Notes: generated by a model from the sequence alone, not told the origin. 64,000 nucleotides of DNA from an uncultured Spirochaetota bacterium (GCA_964518675.1 CAZFGQ010000009.1:1903-65902), one strand, 5' to 3'; counted from the stretch's first letter, positions 29,526 to 39,563 are shown. Numbers and translations are program-made.

Positions 29526-31382
29526 ATGCAATCTACATTTTCAGGAATAGAAATAGGTAAAAAGGGTATTATTACACATCAGGCTGCTCTGGGGATTACA
29601 GGGCATAATCTTACAAATGCGGAAACAGAAGGGTATTCAAGGCAGAAAGTTACATTTCAGGTATTTGACCCTCTTTACATCCCCGGTCTGACCAGGGAAT
29701 TAACAGCCGGGCAGATTGGTCAGGGGGTAAAAATAGAAAAAATAATGAGGGCACGGGATCTTCTACTGGAAGACAGAATCCTCAGTGAAAAGAACATTCT
29801 TGCTTACTGGCGTTCGATGAGTGAATGGATAAGACAGGTGGAGCTTGTTCATAATGAGCCTTCGGGATATGGTGTTCTGAATGCCCTTGACAGGTTCTGG
29901 GCTTCCTGGCAGGAGCTGGCAAACAACCCTGAGGAAATAGCTCCGAGAGAGGCTGTCAGAGAGAGTGGAGAAGCACTGAGTGAGTCCATTAATCACCTCT
30001 ATATGGCTCTAAAATCCATAAGGGATAACATAGAGCAAACTATAGCTGTAAAAGTTGAAGAGGTAAATAGCCTGGCACAGCAGATAGCAAAGCTCAATAA
30101 AGAAATTTTGCGCTCAGAATCTTCAGGTGATAATCCAAATGATCTGTGGGATAGACGTGATCTGCTTGTGGAAAAGCTTTCTAAGCTTGTAAATATAAGT
30201 GTTAGTAGAAGTGATAGCGATGAGTTTATAGTGTATATAGGTGGAAAGCATCTTGTTCAGGGTAAACATTTTCAGAAACTACTTCTTGTAAAAAATCCTC
30301 AGAATGAAGGATACTCGGATATCCTGTGGGATGATGGTGGGGTTGTAGATATAAGATCCGGCGAATTAAAAGCTCTTCTTGACGCAAGGGATATAGAAAT
30401 AAAATCGCAGATCCATGATCTTGATGTGCTTGCTGTTACTGTAACGGATGCTGTTAACAGTATTCATAGAAGAGGATTCGGGCTTAATTTGAAAACCGGG
30501 ATTGATTTTTTTACGGAAAAATCTATTGCTATTGACAGGAATGGAAATTACGATTCGAACGGGGATGGATTTATAGATGGCACTGCGATATTCAGGATCA
30601 GTGGTACTAAAAAGTTAAGCCTGGATGATGTTGTTGGCCTTACGGGCACAATAATACTCGGCAATGGAGTGACGGTTCGGTATACACCCACCGATACGGT
30701 TGAAGATGTTGTGAAAAAGGTCAATAATGCAGGGACAGATATAAGAATGTATGTAAACTCTGATGGTAGACTTGTGGTTAAATCCTACAGTGAAAACTTT
30801 ATGATAGAGCACCTCGAGGATTCTGGGGATTTCCTCGTTCAATTCAGTGGTATACTGAATCAGAGTGGGCCGCAAGGTGCATTCGATCGAGGCAACGCCG
30901 GTATGTCTGCTGTGCTGGCTGGCGATTTTATGGTAGCACCGTCCCCTCACCCCTCCTCGTGGATAGGGGTTAATGAGGTTTTAAAGAATGAGGTTGAATC
31001 GATAGCAGCGAGTACCGGAACCGATACAGATGGAGATGGAATACCTGATCTTTCCTCAGGTGCTGGCAATGGGGACAATGCACTGAAGATAGCCAATGTA
31101 AGGTTTGACCACATAATGGTAGGTGGAAAAACGACGATAAATGAGTTCTACCAGGGAATTATATCCAAGACAGGTTTAAAAGGTGAAACGGCCGGTAATG
31201 CAGAGAAAAATTTATCAATGATTGTGGAAAATCTTGAAAACCTGCGAAAATCCATCTCGGGTGTAAGCATTGATGAAGAACTTGTAAACCTGGTTAAGTT
31301 TCAGCATGGTTATGCTGCAGCTGCCCGGTTTATTACAGAAGTAAATAAAATGCTTGATCTCCTTATTAACAGAATGATCTGA
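29526..31382 (+). CDS. flgK: Flagellar hook-associated protein 1
   Basis: N-terminal MQSTFSGIEIGKKGIITHQAALGITGHNLTNAETEGYSRQ and a C-terminal flagellar-rod-type heptad region. Confidence 0.9.
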   Translation: MQSTFSGIEIGKKGIITHQAALGITGHNLTNAETEGYSRQKVTFQVFDPLYIPGLTRELTAGQIGQGVKIEKIMRARDLLLEDRILSEKNILAYWRSMSEWIRQVELVHNEPSGYGVLNALDRFWASWQELANNPEEIAPREAVRESGEALSESINHLYMALKSIRDNIEQTIAVKVEEVNSLAQQIAKLNKEILRSESSGDNPNDLWDRRDLLVEKLSKLVNISVSRSDSDEFIVYIGGKHLVQGKHFQKLLLVKNPQNEGYSDILWDDGGVVDIRSGELKALLDARDIEIKSQIHDLDVLAVTVTDAVNSIHRRGFGLNLKTGIDFFTEKSIAIDRNGNYDSNGDGFIDGTAIFRISGTKKLSLDDVVGLTGTIILGNGVTVRYTPTDTVEDVVKKVNNAGTDIRMYVNSDGRLVVKSYSENFMIEHLEDSGDFLVQFSGILNQSGPQGAFDRGNAGMSAVLAGDFMVAPSPHPSSWIGVNEVLKNEVESIAASTGTDTDGDGIPDLSSGAGNGDNALKIANVRFDHIMVGGKTTINEFYQGIISKTGLKGETAGNAEKNLSMIVENLENLRKSISGVSIDEELVNLVKFQHGYAAAARFITEVNKMLDLLINRMI

Positions 31383-31401
31383 AATATGAGGGAGTGAATC
31401 G

Positions 31402-32637
31402 ATGAGGGTTACGGGTGGAATGATTTCTGATAATCTTATAGAGATTATTAAGAGAAATACCGAGAGAATGCTTGAAACCCAGAACAGAATAGCAACGGGA
31501 AAGAAAAACAGGTTGCCCAGGGATAATCCCGCAGATGTGGCAAATGCAATTGCTTACAAAAAGGTTCTTTACGAGCTCGGTATTTTTGAGAAGAATATTG
31601 ATGATGCCTCAGCAAGGCTCAAATTTACCGATAGTACCCTGGCCTCTGTAACCGATATACTTCATAGAATACGGGAACTCGGAGTTCAAGGTGCAAATGG
31701 GATATATACTAAGGAAGATCGTGCGAAGATCGCTGCAGAGATTGATGAGTTGCTGAGAGAACTTGTGGATCTTGCCAACTCCAAGTATAAAGGAAAAGCC
31801 ATATTTGCCGGTAACGATACCCTTGAGGATCCTTTTAAGGTATTTGAAACATATTCGAAATACGCGGGCGAGAGGGTTATCCAGAAGGTTGAATATCTGG
31901 GAGATATGGGGAATCAGAACAGGCAGATTGGAGAAGGGGCAATAATTTCTATAAATGCCCCTGGGAATGAGGTTTTCTGGGCTGAAAACTCCATGCTATT
32001 TTCGGATGTGGATGCATCTAACTACATTGTGGCAAAGGATTCTGTGGTTAGAATAAACGGTGTGGAGATAAAGTTTAAGGCCGGTGATAATATTGAAACA
32101 ATAGTGAACAGGATAAATAATGCCGGGGTGTCGGTGAGAGCATCTGTAAACCGGAGAAATGGTGGAATAATTCTGGAAACAACCTCGGCAAGGGATATAT
32201 GGGTTGAGGATATTGGTGGCAGTACGGTGATGCAGGAGCTTGGTGTAATATCGGGGAAAAATCCGCCGAAGAATATTTCACCAACGGCCAGATTTTTTGG
32301 TGGAACTGTTTTTGATATGGTTATGCACTTGAGGGATTCACTTTACATGGACGATATTGAGGATGTGGGCTCAAGGGCTCTTGCTGGTATTGATCTCGCT
32401 CTTGATAATGTTCTTAAATACAGGGCAGAACTTGGCTCGAAAGCAAACAGGCTTGAAATCGTTAAAAAAAGAATAATAGACAACAAAACCGCCTTTGAGG
32501 AGATACTCTCCAGAACGGAGGATGTTGATGTTGCTGAGAGTATAACTAAATTGAAGACTCTTGAGGTTGCCTATCAGGCAGCTCTTGGAGTTACAGCAAG
32601 AATAATTCAACATACATTGTTAGATTTTCTTAGATAA
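31402..32637 (+). CDS. flgL: Flagellar hook-associated protein 3 (flagellin-like N and C termini)
   Basis: N-terminal MRVTGGMI...QNRIATGKK and a C-terminal flagellin_C-like region. Position after flgK. Confidence 0.85.
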   Translation: MRVTGGMISDNLIEIIKRNTERMLETQNRIATGKKNRLPRDNPADVANAIAYKKVLYELGIFEKNIDDASARLKFTDSTLASVTDILHRIRELGVQGANGIYTKEDRAKIAAEIDELLRELVDLANSKYKGKAIFAGNDTLEDPFKVFETYSKYAGERVIQKVEYLGDMGNQNRQIGEGAIISINAPGNEVFWAENSMLFSDVDASNYIVAKDSVVRINGVEIKFKAGDNIETIVNRINNAGVSVRASVNRRNGGIILETTSARDIWVEDIGGSTVMQELGVISGKNPPKNISPTARFFGGTVFDMVMHLRDSLYMDDIEDVGSRALAGIDLALDNVLKYRAELGSKANRLEIVKKRIIDNKTAFEEILSRTEDVDVAESITKLKTLEVAYQAALGVTARIIQHTLLDFLR

Positions 32638-32648
32638 GGAGATGGGTA

Positions 32649-33110
32649 ATGAAAAAAATCAAAACCAAACCCTATGGCGAGATCGAGGTTAGTGAGAGGC
32701 AGAGGATTTATTTCCCCGAGGGGATAATAGGGTTTGAAGATGTAAAATATTACTATCTACTAGATTCACGGGAGGGACCATTTTACTGGCTCCAGGCTGA
32801 AAGCATTCCCGAACTTGCTTTTCTTCTCGTTAATCCAAGATTATTCATGGAAGATTATGAGCTCATGGTACGGGAAGAAGATATTAAGTCCCTTAATCCT
32901 GAGAGCAAGGATGATATAATTGATTTTGCAATCGTTACTGTCCCTGAGGATCCTTCGAGGATATCAGCAAATCTTATGGGTCCTATTATAATCAACAGAA
33001 AAACAAAGGTAGCAAAGCAGGTTATTTCGTTGAACGAGAAATATACCGTTAAGCATTACATTCTTGACGAAATGAAGAAAAGAAATGCAAATTTGATAAA
33101 AAGCAGGTAA
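32649..33110 (+). CDS. fliW: Flagellar assembly factor FliW (CsrA antagonist)
   Basis: FliW family N-terminus (IEVSERQRIYFPEGIIGFED) and ~150 aa, directly upstream of csrA. Confidence 0.9.
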   Translation: MKKIKTKPYGEIEVSERQRIYFPEGIIGFEDVKYYYLLDSREGPFYWLQAESIPELAFLLVNPRLFMEDYELMVREEDIKSLNPESKDDIIDFAIVTVPEDPSRISANLMGPIIINRKTKVAKQVISLNEKYTVKHYILDEMKKRNANLIKSR

Positions 33111-33113
33111 TGA

Positions 33114-33344
33114 TTGATGCTTGTTCTTACGAGAAAGCCACATCAGAGTATAATGATAGGAGATGATATTGAACTTACAATTGTTGAGGTAAAGGGAGAA
33201 CAGGTGAAGATAGGTATAAGTGCCCCAAAGAATGTGAAGGTACATCGCAAAGAGGTTTATGAGGCAATTCAAAAAGCAAATATTGATGCATCCAGATCTG
33301 AAGTAAAGAAGGTTGGAGAGATAGGCTCTATATTCAAAGAGTAA
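33114..33344 (+). CDS. csrA: Carbon storage regulator CsrA
   Basis: [48 protein letters not shown] is near-consensus CsrA. Confidence 0.95.
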   Translation: MMLVLTRKPHQSIMIGDDIELTIVEVKGEQVKIGISAPKNVKVHRKEVYEAIQKANIDASRSEVKKVGEIGSIFKE

Positions 33345-33389
33345 TAAAAGCAGATGTATTAAGATTATTATATTGAAGATTATTATTAA

Positions 33390-33418
33390 AAAGCTGGGCA
33401 AAAAACCCAGCTTTTTAT
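33390..33418. terminator. Bidirectional intrinsic terminator (AGCTGGG-CAAAAAA-CCCAGCT flanked by A-tract and T-tract)
   Basis: Perfect 7-bp stem with poly-A upstream and poly-T downstream. Serves csrA (+) and the convergent small ORF (-). Confidence 0.65.
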
Positions 33419-33561
33419 TTATCCTTTTTTTTCGCTATTTCTTCTTTCATTTTTTTTATATTACGCTCGATTTCATTTCTGATTTTACTTTCGATTCTTT
33501 TGATTTTAGATTCAAGTGCACTTACCCTTTTTTCAAGTTCTTTGACTTCGGTATCTCCCAT
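33415..33561 (-). CDS. Unannotated 48-aa Lys/Glu-rich coiled-coil protein (MGDTEVKELEKRVSALESKIKRIESKIRNEIERNIKKMKEEIAKKKDK)
   Basis: Strong RBS (AGGAGGGGAAA) 4 nt before the ATG; ends at the bidirectional terminator. The track ORF on the opposite strand here (33373..33579 +) is low-complexity and is its mirror. Confidence 0.5.
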   Translation of the reverse strand: MGDTEVKELEKRVSALESKIKRIESKIRNEIERNIKKMKEEIAKKKDK

Positions 33562-33723
33562 TTTCCCCTCCTATATTGATAGATATAGAAAAGGAATCAG
33601 AAAATAATATTAATAACTGACAAACATGACCAGTGATTTTTTAGTTTCTATTAAAATTGACTCTAGTATGTAAAATAATTATCATAAATTGAAAAAATTG
33701 GACTAAAGTGTAAGGGGATATTT

Positions 33724-34740
33724 ATGAAAAAGTATAATGTTGCAGTTGTTGGGATTGGGCTTGTGGGTACCGAGATTGTTAAGGTACTCAGGGAGAGGGA
33801 TTTTCCAATTGATAAATTAAGAATATTTGCAAGAAGTACGAGGGAAGAGGAAATTGCGGGAGAGAAGTTTCTTGTTGAAGCCACATCCATTGACAGCTTT
33901 GATGGCATAGACATAGCCCTTTTTGCAGGCACTGAGGGGGCTAAAGGAGCCTCGAGACAGTATGGTTGGGAGGCAGTAAAGAAAGGAGTTGTTGTAATAG
34001 ATAATGGGGACGATTTCAGAATGGATGAAAGGGTACCTCTTGTTGTTCCCGAGGTAAATCCTGAGGATCTAAAAAAACATCGGGGATTTGTGTCAAATCC
34101 GAATTGTTCTACAATTCAAATGGTTATGGCTCTGGCCCCACTCCATAGAATTTCACCGATCAAACGGGTAGTAGTTTCAACATATCAGGCAGTATCTGGC
34201 TCGGGAAGCAAAGCTGTTCAGGAATTGAAAGACCAGATTAATAGCTATGTGTCAGGGAAAGAGATGAAGAATGAGGTGTACCCATACCAGATATTTTCAA
34301 ACCTGATTCCTCAGATAAGCAGTTTGAAAGATGAATTTCCAGGTTATTATGGTGAAGAGATTAAAATGATAAAGGAAACGAGGAAAATATTTGGTGTTCC
34401 GGATATGGCTATAACAGCGACCTGTGTCAGAGTCCCAGTTTTCAATTCTCATTCTGAAACAATAAACGTTCAATTTGAAGACAAAATATCTGTAGAGGAT
34501 GCAAAGAAAGCACTCTCAGAGTTTCCAGGAGTCAAAGTACTTGATGATCCTGCCAATAGCATTTATCCAATGCCGCTTGATGCAACCGGTAAGGATGAAG
34601 TTTTTGTTGGAAGAATAAGGGAAGATGAAACAGCTCCAAATACCCTTAATATGTGGGTCGTTTCTGATAATATAAGGAAAGGTGCTGCACTGAATGCTGT
34701 ACAGATTGCTGAAAAAATGATAGAAATGGAGCTTGTATAA
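33724..34740 (+). CDS. asd: Aspartate-semialdehyde dehydrogenase
   Basis: NAD-binding N-terminus (VAVVGIGLVGTE), active-site NPNCSTI motif, 338 aa. Confidence 0.95.
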   Translation: MKKYNVAVVGIGLVGTEIVKVLRERDFPIDKLRIFARSTREEEIAGEKFLVEATSIDSFDGIDIALFAGTEGAKGASRQYGWEAVKKGVVVIDNGDDFRMDERVPLVVPEVNPEDLKKHRGFVSNPNCSTIQMVMALAPLHRISPIKRVVVSTYQAVSGSGSKAVQELKDQINSYVSGKEMKNEVYPYQIFSNLIPQISSLKDEFPGYYGEEIKMIKETRKIFGVPDMAITATCVRVPVFNSHSETINVQFEDKISVEDAKKALSEFPGVKVLDDPANSIYPMPLDATGKDEVFVGRIREDETAPNTLNMWVVSDNIRKGAALNAVQIAEKMIEMELV

Positions 34741-34917
34741 CACTGTCTGCACTTTTTAGTGTTCAACAGATTAATAGGTGTTCAGAATCGGTTTGTGCTT
34801 TAACTATCTGTATGAGAGGTGATGTTTGATTATCAATTTCTGGAAAGCCTGGTTCTTCAATTTTATAAGGTAGTATGTTAGTGAAGAATATTTGAAAAAA
34901 AATGTAGGGAGGTTAAA

Positions 34918-35442
34918 ATGACTGTTGAAGAGGCAATTAGAAAGAGGTACAGCGTAAGGAATTACTCTGACAGGCCTGTTGAAAAGGAAAAAATAATTGC
35001 TTTACTCGAGGCTGCAAGACTTGCACCATCGGCTGGTAACAGGCAGGAGTGGAGATTTGTTGTTGTTACAGATGAAAATAAAAGAAAGAAACTGGCGGAA
35101 GCTTCAGCGGGACAGAAATTTGTGGGTGATGCGCCTGTTGTTTTTGTATGCTGTGCCGATACAGATTTTCATAAAATGAGAAGTGGCTATGAATGTTATC
35201 TTTTTGATGTTGCGATTGCCATTGACCATATTACCTTAAGAGCCACTGAACTTGGACTTGGGACGTGTTGGATTGGAGCTTTTTATGAGGATGAGATAAA
35301 AAAGATATTGAATATCCCCGAGAACATCAGGGTTGTTGAACTTCTCACTGTGGGATATCCGGCAGAGGATAAAGTTAAGATCAAAAATAGATTACCCCTT
35401 GAAGAAATAGCTTATGGTGAAGAATGGGGTAAGAAATTGTAA
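34918..35442 (+). CDS. Nitroreductase-family protein (FMN-dependent)
   Basis: RYSVRNY and LEAARLAPSAGNRQEW motifs typical of the NfnB/SagB-type nitroreductase fold. Confidence 0.85.
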   Translation: MTVEEAIRKRYSVRNYSDRPVEKEKIIALLEAARLAPSAGNRQEWRFVVVTDENKRKKLAEASAGQKFVGDAPVVFVCCADTDFHKMRSGYECYLFDVAIAIDHITLRATELGLGTCWIGAFYEDEIKKILNIPENIRVVELLTVGYPAEDKVKIKNRLPLEEIAYGEEWGKKL

Positions 35443-35528
35443 TTTGATGTTTACATGGATAGGATAAATGTAGATGGGATAGATACAGGATAAATAAAGG
35501 AAGAGAGGGTAGGCCGGGTTCTTGTTAG

Positions 35529-35732
35529 TTACAGTTTTCTTTTCAGGTCTGAGATTTCAGCGTTGAGTTTTCTCTGATTTTCTTCGAGATTAGAAATTTT
35601 GATGAGGATGTCTCTTATCTCATCAAATGTAAATCTTTTGTTTTCCTCCAGTTTTGCTTCCATAATCTGTATTCTTCTATTGAGTGATTCAATTCTTTCT
35701 ACAAGCTCATTAAGATCTCCCCGTTTGCCCAT
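35529..35732 (-). CDS. Small 67-aa coiled-coil protein, unknown function
   Basis: Good RBS (AAGGGGGCAAAA) before the ATG. Heptad-repeat sequence, divergently arranged relative to the AAA ATPase gene. Confidence 0.5.
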   Translation of the reverse strand: MGKRGDLNELVERIESLNRRIQIMEAKLEENKRFTFDEIRDILIKISNLEENQRKLNAEISDLKRKL

Positions 35733-35833
35733 TTTTGCCCCCCTTGTACGAATATACAGTAATTAAAAAAAGATGTTTAATCAATAAATATATGTTATAT
35801 TCATATAAAATCCATGCATTCGGGGAGGGGAAC

Positions 35834-37594
35834 GTGGGAGAGCAGTTAATATTAAAGCATCTTCCTTTTATAAGAATCCTTCCAGCATGGGCACAGGAAC
35901 TTTCCTATAAGTACTGTTCGAAAACCGCCAATCTCTACATAGTATATGGCAACATAAGGGATTTTCTTCCTCATAAGATGCACGAGGATGAGTTTGTTTT
36001 TGTTAAGATTCAGGACTATATCTCCGAGATTCTTTTCGGCAACAGAGATATTATAATTTACTACGATCGCTCGTCGGGAATTACGTTCTGTAAGCCAGAA
36101 ATGAAACAGGAATACCTTGCAGTAATGAGGTCAATATACGAGAATAGGAGTGCAGAGGAGTTTTGTTCAAAGGATCCTGTTGCCGCTTTTCAATACTTGG
36201 AAAAATTTTTCTATAACAACATAAGGCATAAGCTGAGAATTGTACTCATTGTTGACTATGCCGAGACAATTGTTCCAAATGCTGAACTTTCAAGCTATAC
36301 AGACGAGGATCGTTTTTGTCTTGTAACCCTGAACAGATGGGCAACTGATCCCCTTTTTAATGAGAATGATATTTCAATTATCCTTTTAACTGAGAATCTT
36401 GCAGATTTGAGTAATCGTATTGTACGATCACCAAGTACTGTAAAGGTCTATATTCCTATACCCGATACAAAGGTTCGCGAAAGCTTCTTCCAGTATCTTC
36501 AAAAGCAGGGAAAACTGCTCCTCGATGATTCTCTCACACCAAAAAAGCTCGCAAGTATAACAGGTGGATTAAATCTGGTGAATATAAATCAGATAGCTGC
36601 TGAGTCTTACCAGGAGAACAGAAAAATAACCCTTGATTACCTGAAACAAAAGAAGAAAGAGATTATTGAAAGTGAAGCTATAGGGCTTCTGGAGTTTATA
36701 GAGGCGGATTTTGATCTGTCAATGGTTTCAGGACATGAGTTTGTGAAAAAGAGATTCAAGAGTGCTGCTAGGGCTATTAAGCAGGGCAGACTTGATGTTT
36801 TACCAATGGGATATTTAATATCGGGGCCAGTTGGTACGGGAAAGTCTTTCATGGTTACAGCTTTTGCCGGTGAGATTGGCATTCCAATTGTCAAATTTAA
36901 AAACTTTCGAAGCAAATGGCAGGGGGTGACAGAAGCAAACCTCGAAAAAATACTAAACATACTGAAGGCAATGGCCCCGGTTGGAGTCATGATAGACGAA
37001 GCAGACGCATTTTTGGGACATAGACACCAGGAGGGAGATTCAGGTACGAGTAACAGGATATTTGCCCAGATTGCGAGCTTTATGGGGAATACCGAGTACA
37101 GAGGAAAAATAATATGGTTTTTAATCACGTGCAGACCGGACCTGCTTCCGATAGACCTAAAACGACAGGGAAGGGCTGAAGAGCATCTTGCATTATTTTA
37201 TCCGGAAACAATGGAAGAGAAAGAGGATCTGTACTATACGCTCTTAAGAAAGCTGAAGATAAAAGCACAGAAGTTTGATATTGTGGAGATTTTTAATAAA
37301 TACAATTTTGAGTTTTCTGGAGCTGATCTTGAATCAATTTTAATCAGAGCAAAGTTTCAGGCAGCGATGAATAACCATGTTATTGTGACAAAAGAGGATC
37401 TTGAGCAAACCATCAGAGATTTTATTCCACCCAATTATCCCCACGAAATTGAGTTACAAAACCTTGTAGCAGTATTGGAGTGTACCAGCAGGGAAATGGT
37501 ACCTGAGAGATTCCGAAATTTAGACAGAAGTAAACTTATCTCGACTATCAAAGAATTGAAAGTACTTCTGGGAGAGCGCGATTACAACGAATAA
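35834..37594 (+). CDS. Two-module AAA ATPase: N-terminal degenerate (Walker-A-less) ATPase-like module plus a C-terminal classic-clade AAA module
   Basis: C-terminal GPVGTGKS Walker A, MIDEAD Walker B, and a second region of homology (TCRPDLLPIDLKRQGRAEEHL). The N-terminal half has the strand pattern of an AAA fold but no P-loop. The track ORF starts at TTG 35735; GTG 35834 follows a GGGGAGGGG RBS. Confidence 0.75.
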   Translation: MGEQLILKHLPFIRILPAWAQELSYKYCSKTANLYIVYGNIRDFLPHKMHEDEFVFVKIQDYISEILFGNRDIIIYYDRSSGITFCKPEMKQEYLAVMRSIYENRSAEEFCSKDPVAAFQYLEKFFYNNIRHKLRIVLIVDYAETIVPNAELSSYTDEDRFCLVTLNRWATDPLFNENDISIILLTENLADLSNRIVRSPSTVKVYIPIPDTKVRESFFQYLQKQGKLLLDDSLTPKKLASITGGLNLVNINQIAAESYQENRKITLDYLKQKKKEIIESEAIGLLEFIEADFDLSMVSGHEFVKKRFKSAARAIKQGRLDVLPMGYLISGPVGTGKSFMVTAFAGEIGIPIVKFKNFRSKWQGVTEANLEKILNILKAMAPVGVMIDEADAFLGHRHQEGDSGTSNRIFAQIASFMGNTEYRGKIIWFLITCRPDLLPIDLKRQGRAEEHLALFYPETMEEKEDLYYTLLRKLKIKAQKFDIVEIFNKYNFEFSGADLESILIRAKFQAAMNNHVIVTKEDLEQTIRDFIPPNYPHEIELQNLVAVLECTSREMVPERFRNLDRSKLISTIKELKVLLGERDYNE

Positions 37595-38099
37595 CCATTT
37601 CTGTAGATCGATTGTAAAGAGATTTTTAGAAGTTGGTGTTATATATAGTGCTTTTTAAGTAAAACCGGTTGAATCGTTGATGGCTATCCTGCTTGGGTAA
37701 AATACCATAATCCAAGTAAAAAGTGCCCGCATGTGCCGTGTGCCGGGACCTTATTGAACCTGATCTCTCAGGTGGGTTGTCTCACACCTGCTTCCTGTAC
37801 TCTAAAACCCCTGAGGGCGAGTGCATTCCACAGGTAGATATTGACACCCCTTCAATGTTGGCGTTGGCTCAATTGTAGGCATAGCCGACATCACGGACAC
37901 AGCAGGCAAATTTTCAAGGTAATCTAAATTTAACCTTAATCAGTGGAATAGTGAAGATAGTTATAGATGATTAAGTGAAATTATTTTTTTCAATTACGTT
38001 ATACTGAAGTCACCATGGAAAAGTGGATTAATTGATTTACATCATGAGAGTATAACCGAAACTGAGGTTGTTACTGGTAGTTTATTACTTTATGAAGAC

Positions 38100-39563
38100 T
38101 TATTTATAGTCAAGTGGTTTCATTAATGGAAAAAGAACAACATCTCTCAGATTTTCCTGGTCAGTTAAAAGTGATACAAATCTGTCGATCCCCATTCCCC
38201 AACCAGACATTGGTGGCATACCATGTTCCATTGCCACAAGAAAGTCTTCATCCATTACCATGGTTTCTTCGTCCCCTTTTGCACGCATCTCCATTTGCTT
38301 TTCGAACCGTTCGCGTTGATCAATTGGATCTATTAATTCGCTGTAGGCATTTACTATTTCCCATCCAGCAACAACAAGCTGAAATCTATCGGTAACCCTG
38401 GGGTTTTTAGAGTTCTTTCTTGCCAGTGGCGAAAGTTCAATGGGATGATGTATAATAAATAGAGGACCATCTATATTGGGTCTTGAAACTTTTTTATACA
38501 GATTATCTATGATTGTACCAAAACCCATTTTTTCGATATCCTGTATTTCAATATTCCTTTTTTTAATCTCCTCAATAAGGCTCTTTTCATCGCCCAGCTC
38601 TGTATAGTCTATTCCTGTATCCCTCAGGATTAGATCTCTCATTGTGATCACTTCCCATTCACCATCAAAGTTTATCTCCTTGCCTCTGGTTTTCAGGATC
38701 AGTGATCCATTAATTTCCGTTAAAACATGTTTGATCAGCTCTTTTGTAAATCTCATGTTATCCTCAAAATTCCAGTACGCCACATAATACTCAAGAAGCG
38801 TAAAATCCTGGAGATGGGAGGGGTCTATACCTTCGTTTCTGAAACATCTTGCAAACTCATATACCTTTTCAAATCCACCAGCTATGACCCTTTTGAGATA
38901 TGTCTCAGGAGCTATCCTCAGATAAAGATCCATATCAAGAGCATTGTGGTGGGTTATAAATGGAGTTGCAATTGCACCTGATGGTTTTGTTTGAAGCACT
39001 GGGGTATCCACCTCGAGGAATCCATTACTATCCAGAAAATCCCTGATTGATTTAATAATTTTTGTTCTTTTAATGAATCTTTCTTTTGATTCTTCATTCA
39101 TTATCAGATCGAGATATCTCTGTCTGTATTTGAGTTCTATATCCTGAAGTCCATGCCATTTTTCTGGCAGAGGACGAATGGCTTTTGATAATAGCTCAAA
39201 ACTTTTAACATCAATTGTTATTTCTCCCATTTTTGTTTTAAAAAGTGTGCCCTCGAAACCAACAAAATCGCCGATATCGATGTATTTCTTAAAGAATTGG
39301 AATTTCTCTTTGCCAAGTGTTTTCTCCTGAAGTGCTACCTGCATCTTTCCTGAAAAGTCAAGAATGGTTGCAAAGACAAGCCTCCCAAATATTCTTATGG
39401 TAAAAACTCTCCCGGCGACCCGTATACCCTTGGTTCCGAGTGGGAGCTTTTTTGCTTCGCTTAGTGAGTGGGTTCTTTCGTATCTTTCACGATAGGGTTC
39501 GATTCCCATTTCTTCGATTTCTTTTAGTTTTTTAATCCTCACATCTCTCTCTTCAATTCCCAT
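38100..39563 (-). CDS. lysS: Lysyl-tRNA synthetase (class II)
   Basis: N-terminal OB-fold anticodon-binding domain, class II motifs 1-3 (FLEVDTP, FRNEG, GGMGIDR). Confidence 0.95.
   Translation of the reverse strand: MGIEERDVRIKKLKEIEEMGIEPYRERYERTHSLSEAKKLPLGTKGIRVAGRVFTIRIFGRLVFATILDFSGKMQVALQEKTLGKEKFQFFKKYIDIGDFVGFEGTLFKTKMGEITIDVKSFELLSKAIRPLPEKWHGLQDIELKYRQRYLDLIMNEESKERFIKRTKIIKSIRDFLDSNGFLEVDTPVLQTKPSGAIATPFITHHNALDMDLYLRIAPETYLKRVIAGGFEKVYEFARCFRNEGIDPSHLQDFTLLEYYVAYWNFEDNMRFTKELIKHVLTEINGSLILKTRGKEINFDGEWEVITMRDLILRDTGIDYTELGDEKSLIEEIKKRNIEIQDIEKMGFGTIIDNLYKKVSRPNIDGPLFIIHHPIELSPLARKNSKNPRVTDRFQLVVAGWEIVNAYSELIDPIDQRERFEKQMEMRAKGDEETMVMDEDFLVAMEHGMPPMSGWGMGIDRFVSLLTDQENLRDVVLFPLMKPLDYK

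Noticed and set aside
33373-33579. 68-aa plus-strand ORF from the track
   Set aside because: Phe/Ile-rich low-complexity translation starting at TTG without an RBS. The opposite strand carries an RBS-supported coiled-coil ORF ending at the terminator.
37715-37915. SRP (4.5S) RNA on the minus strand, suggested by a GGAAGCAG motif and a GUGUGCCGGGA-like stretch
   Set aside because: The motif order and pairing partners do not reproduce the helix 8 architecture. No GNRA tetraloop is closed by the expected pairs. Kept only as an unclassified sRNA candidate.
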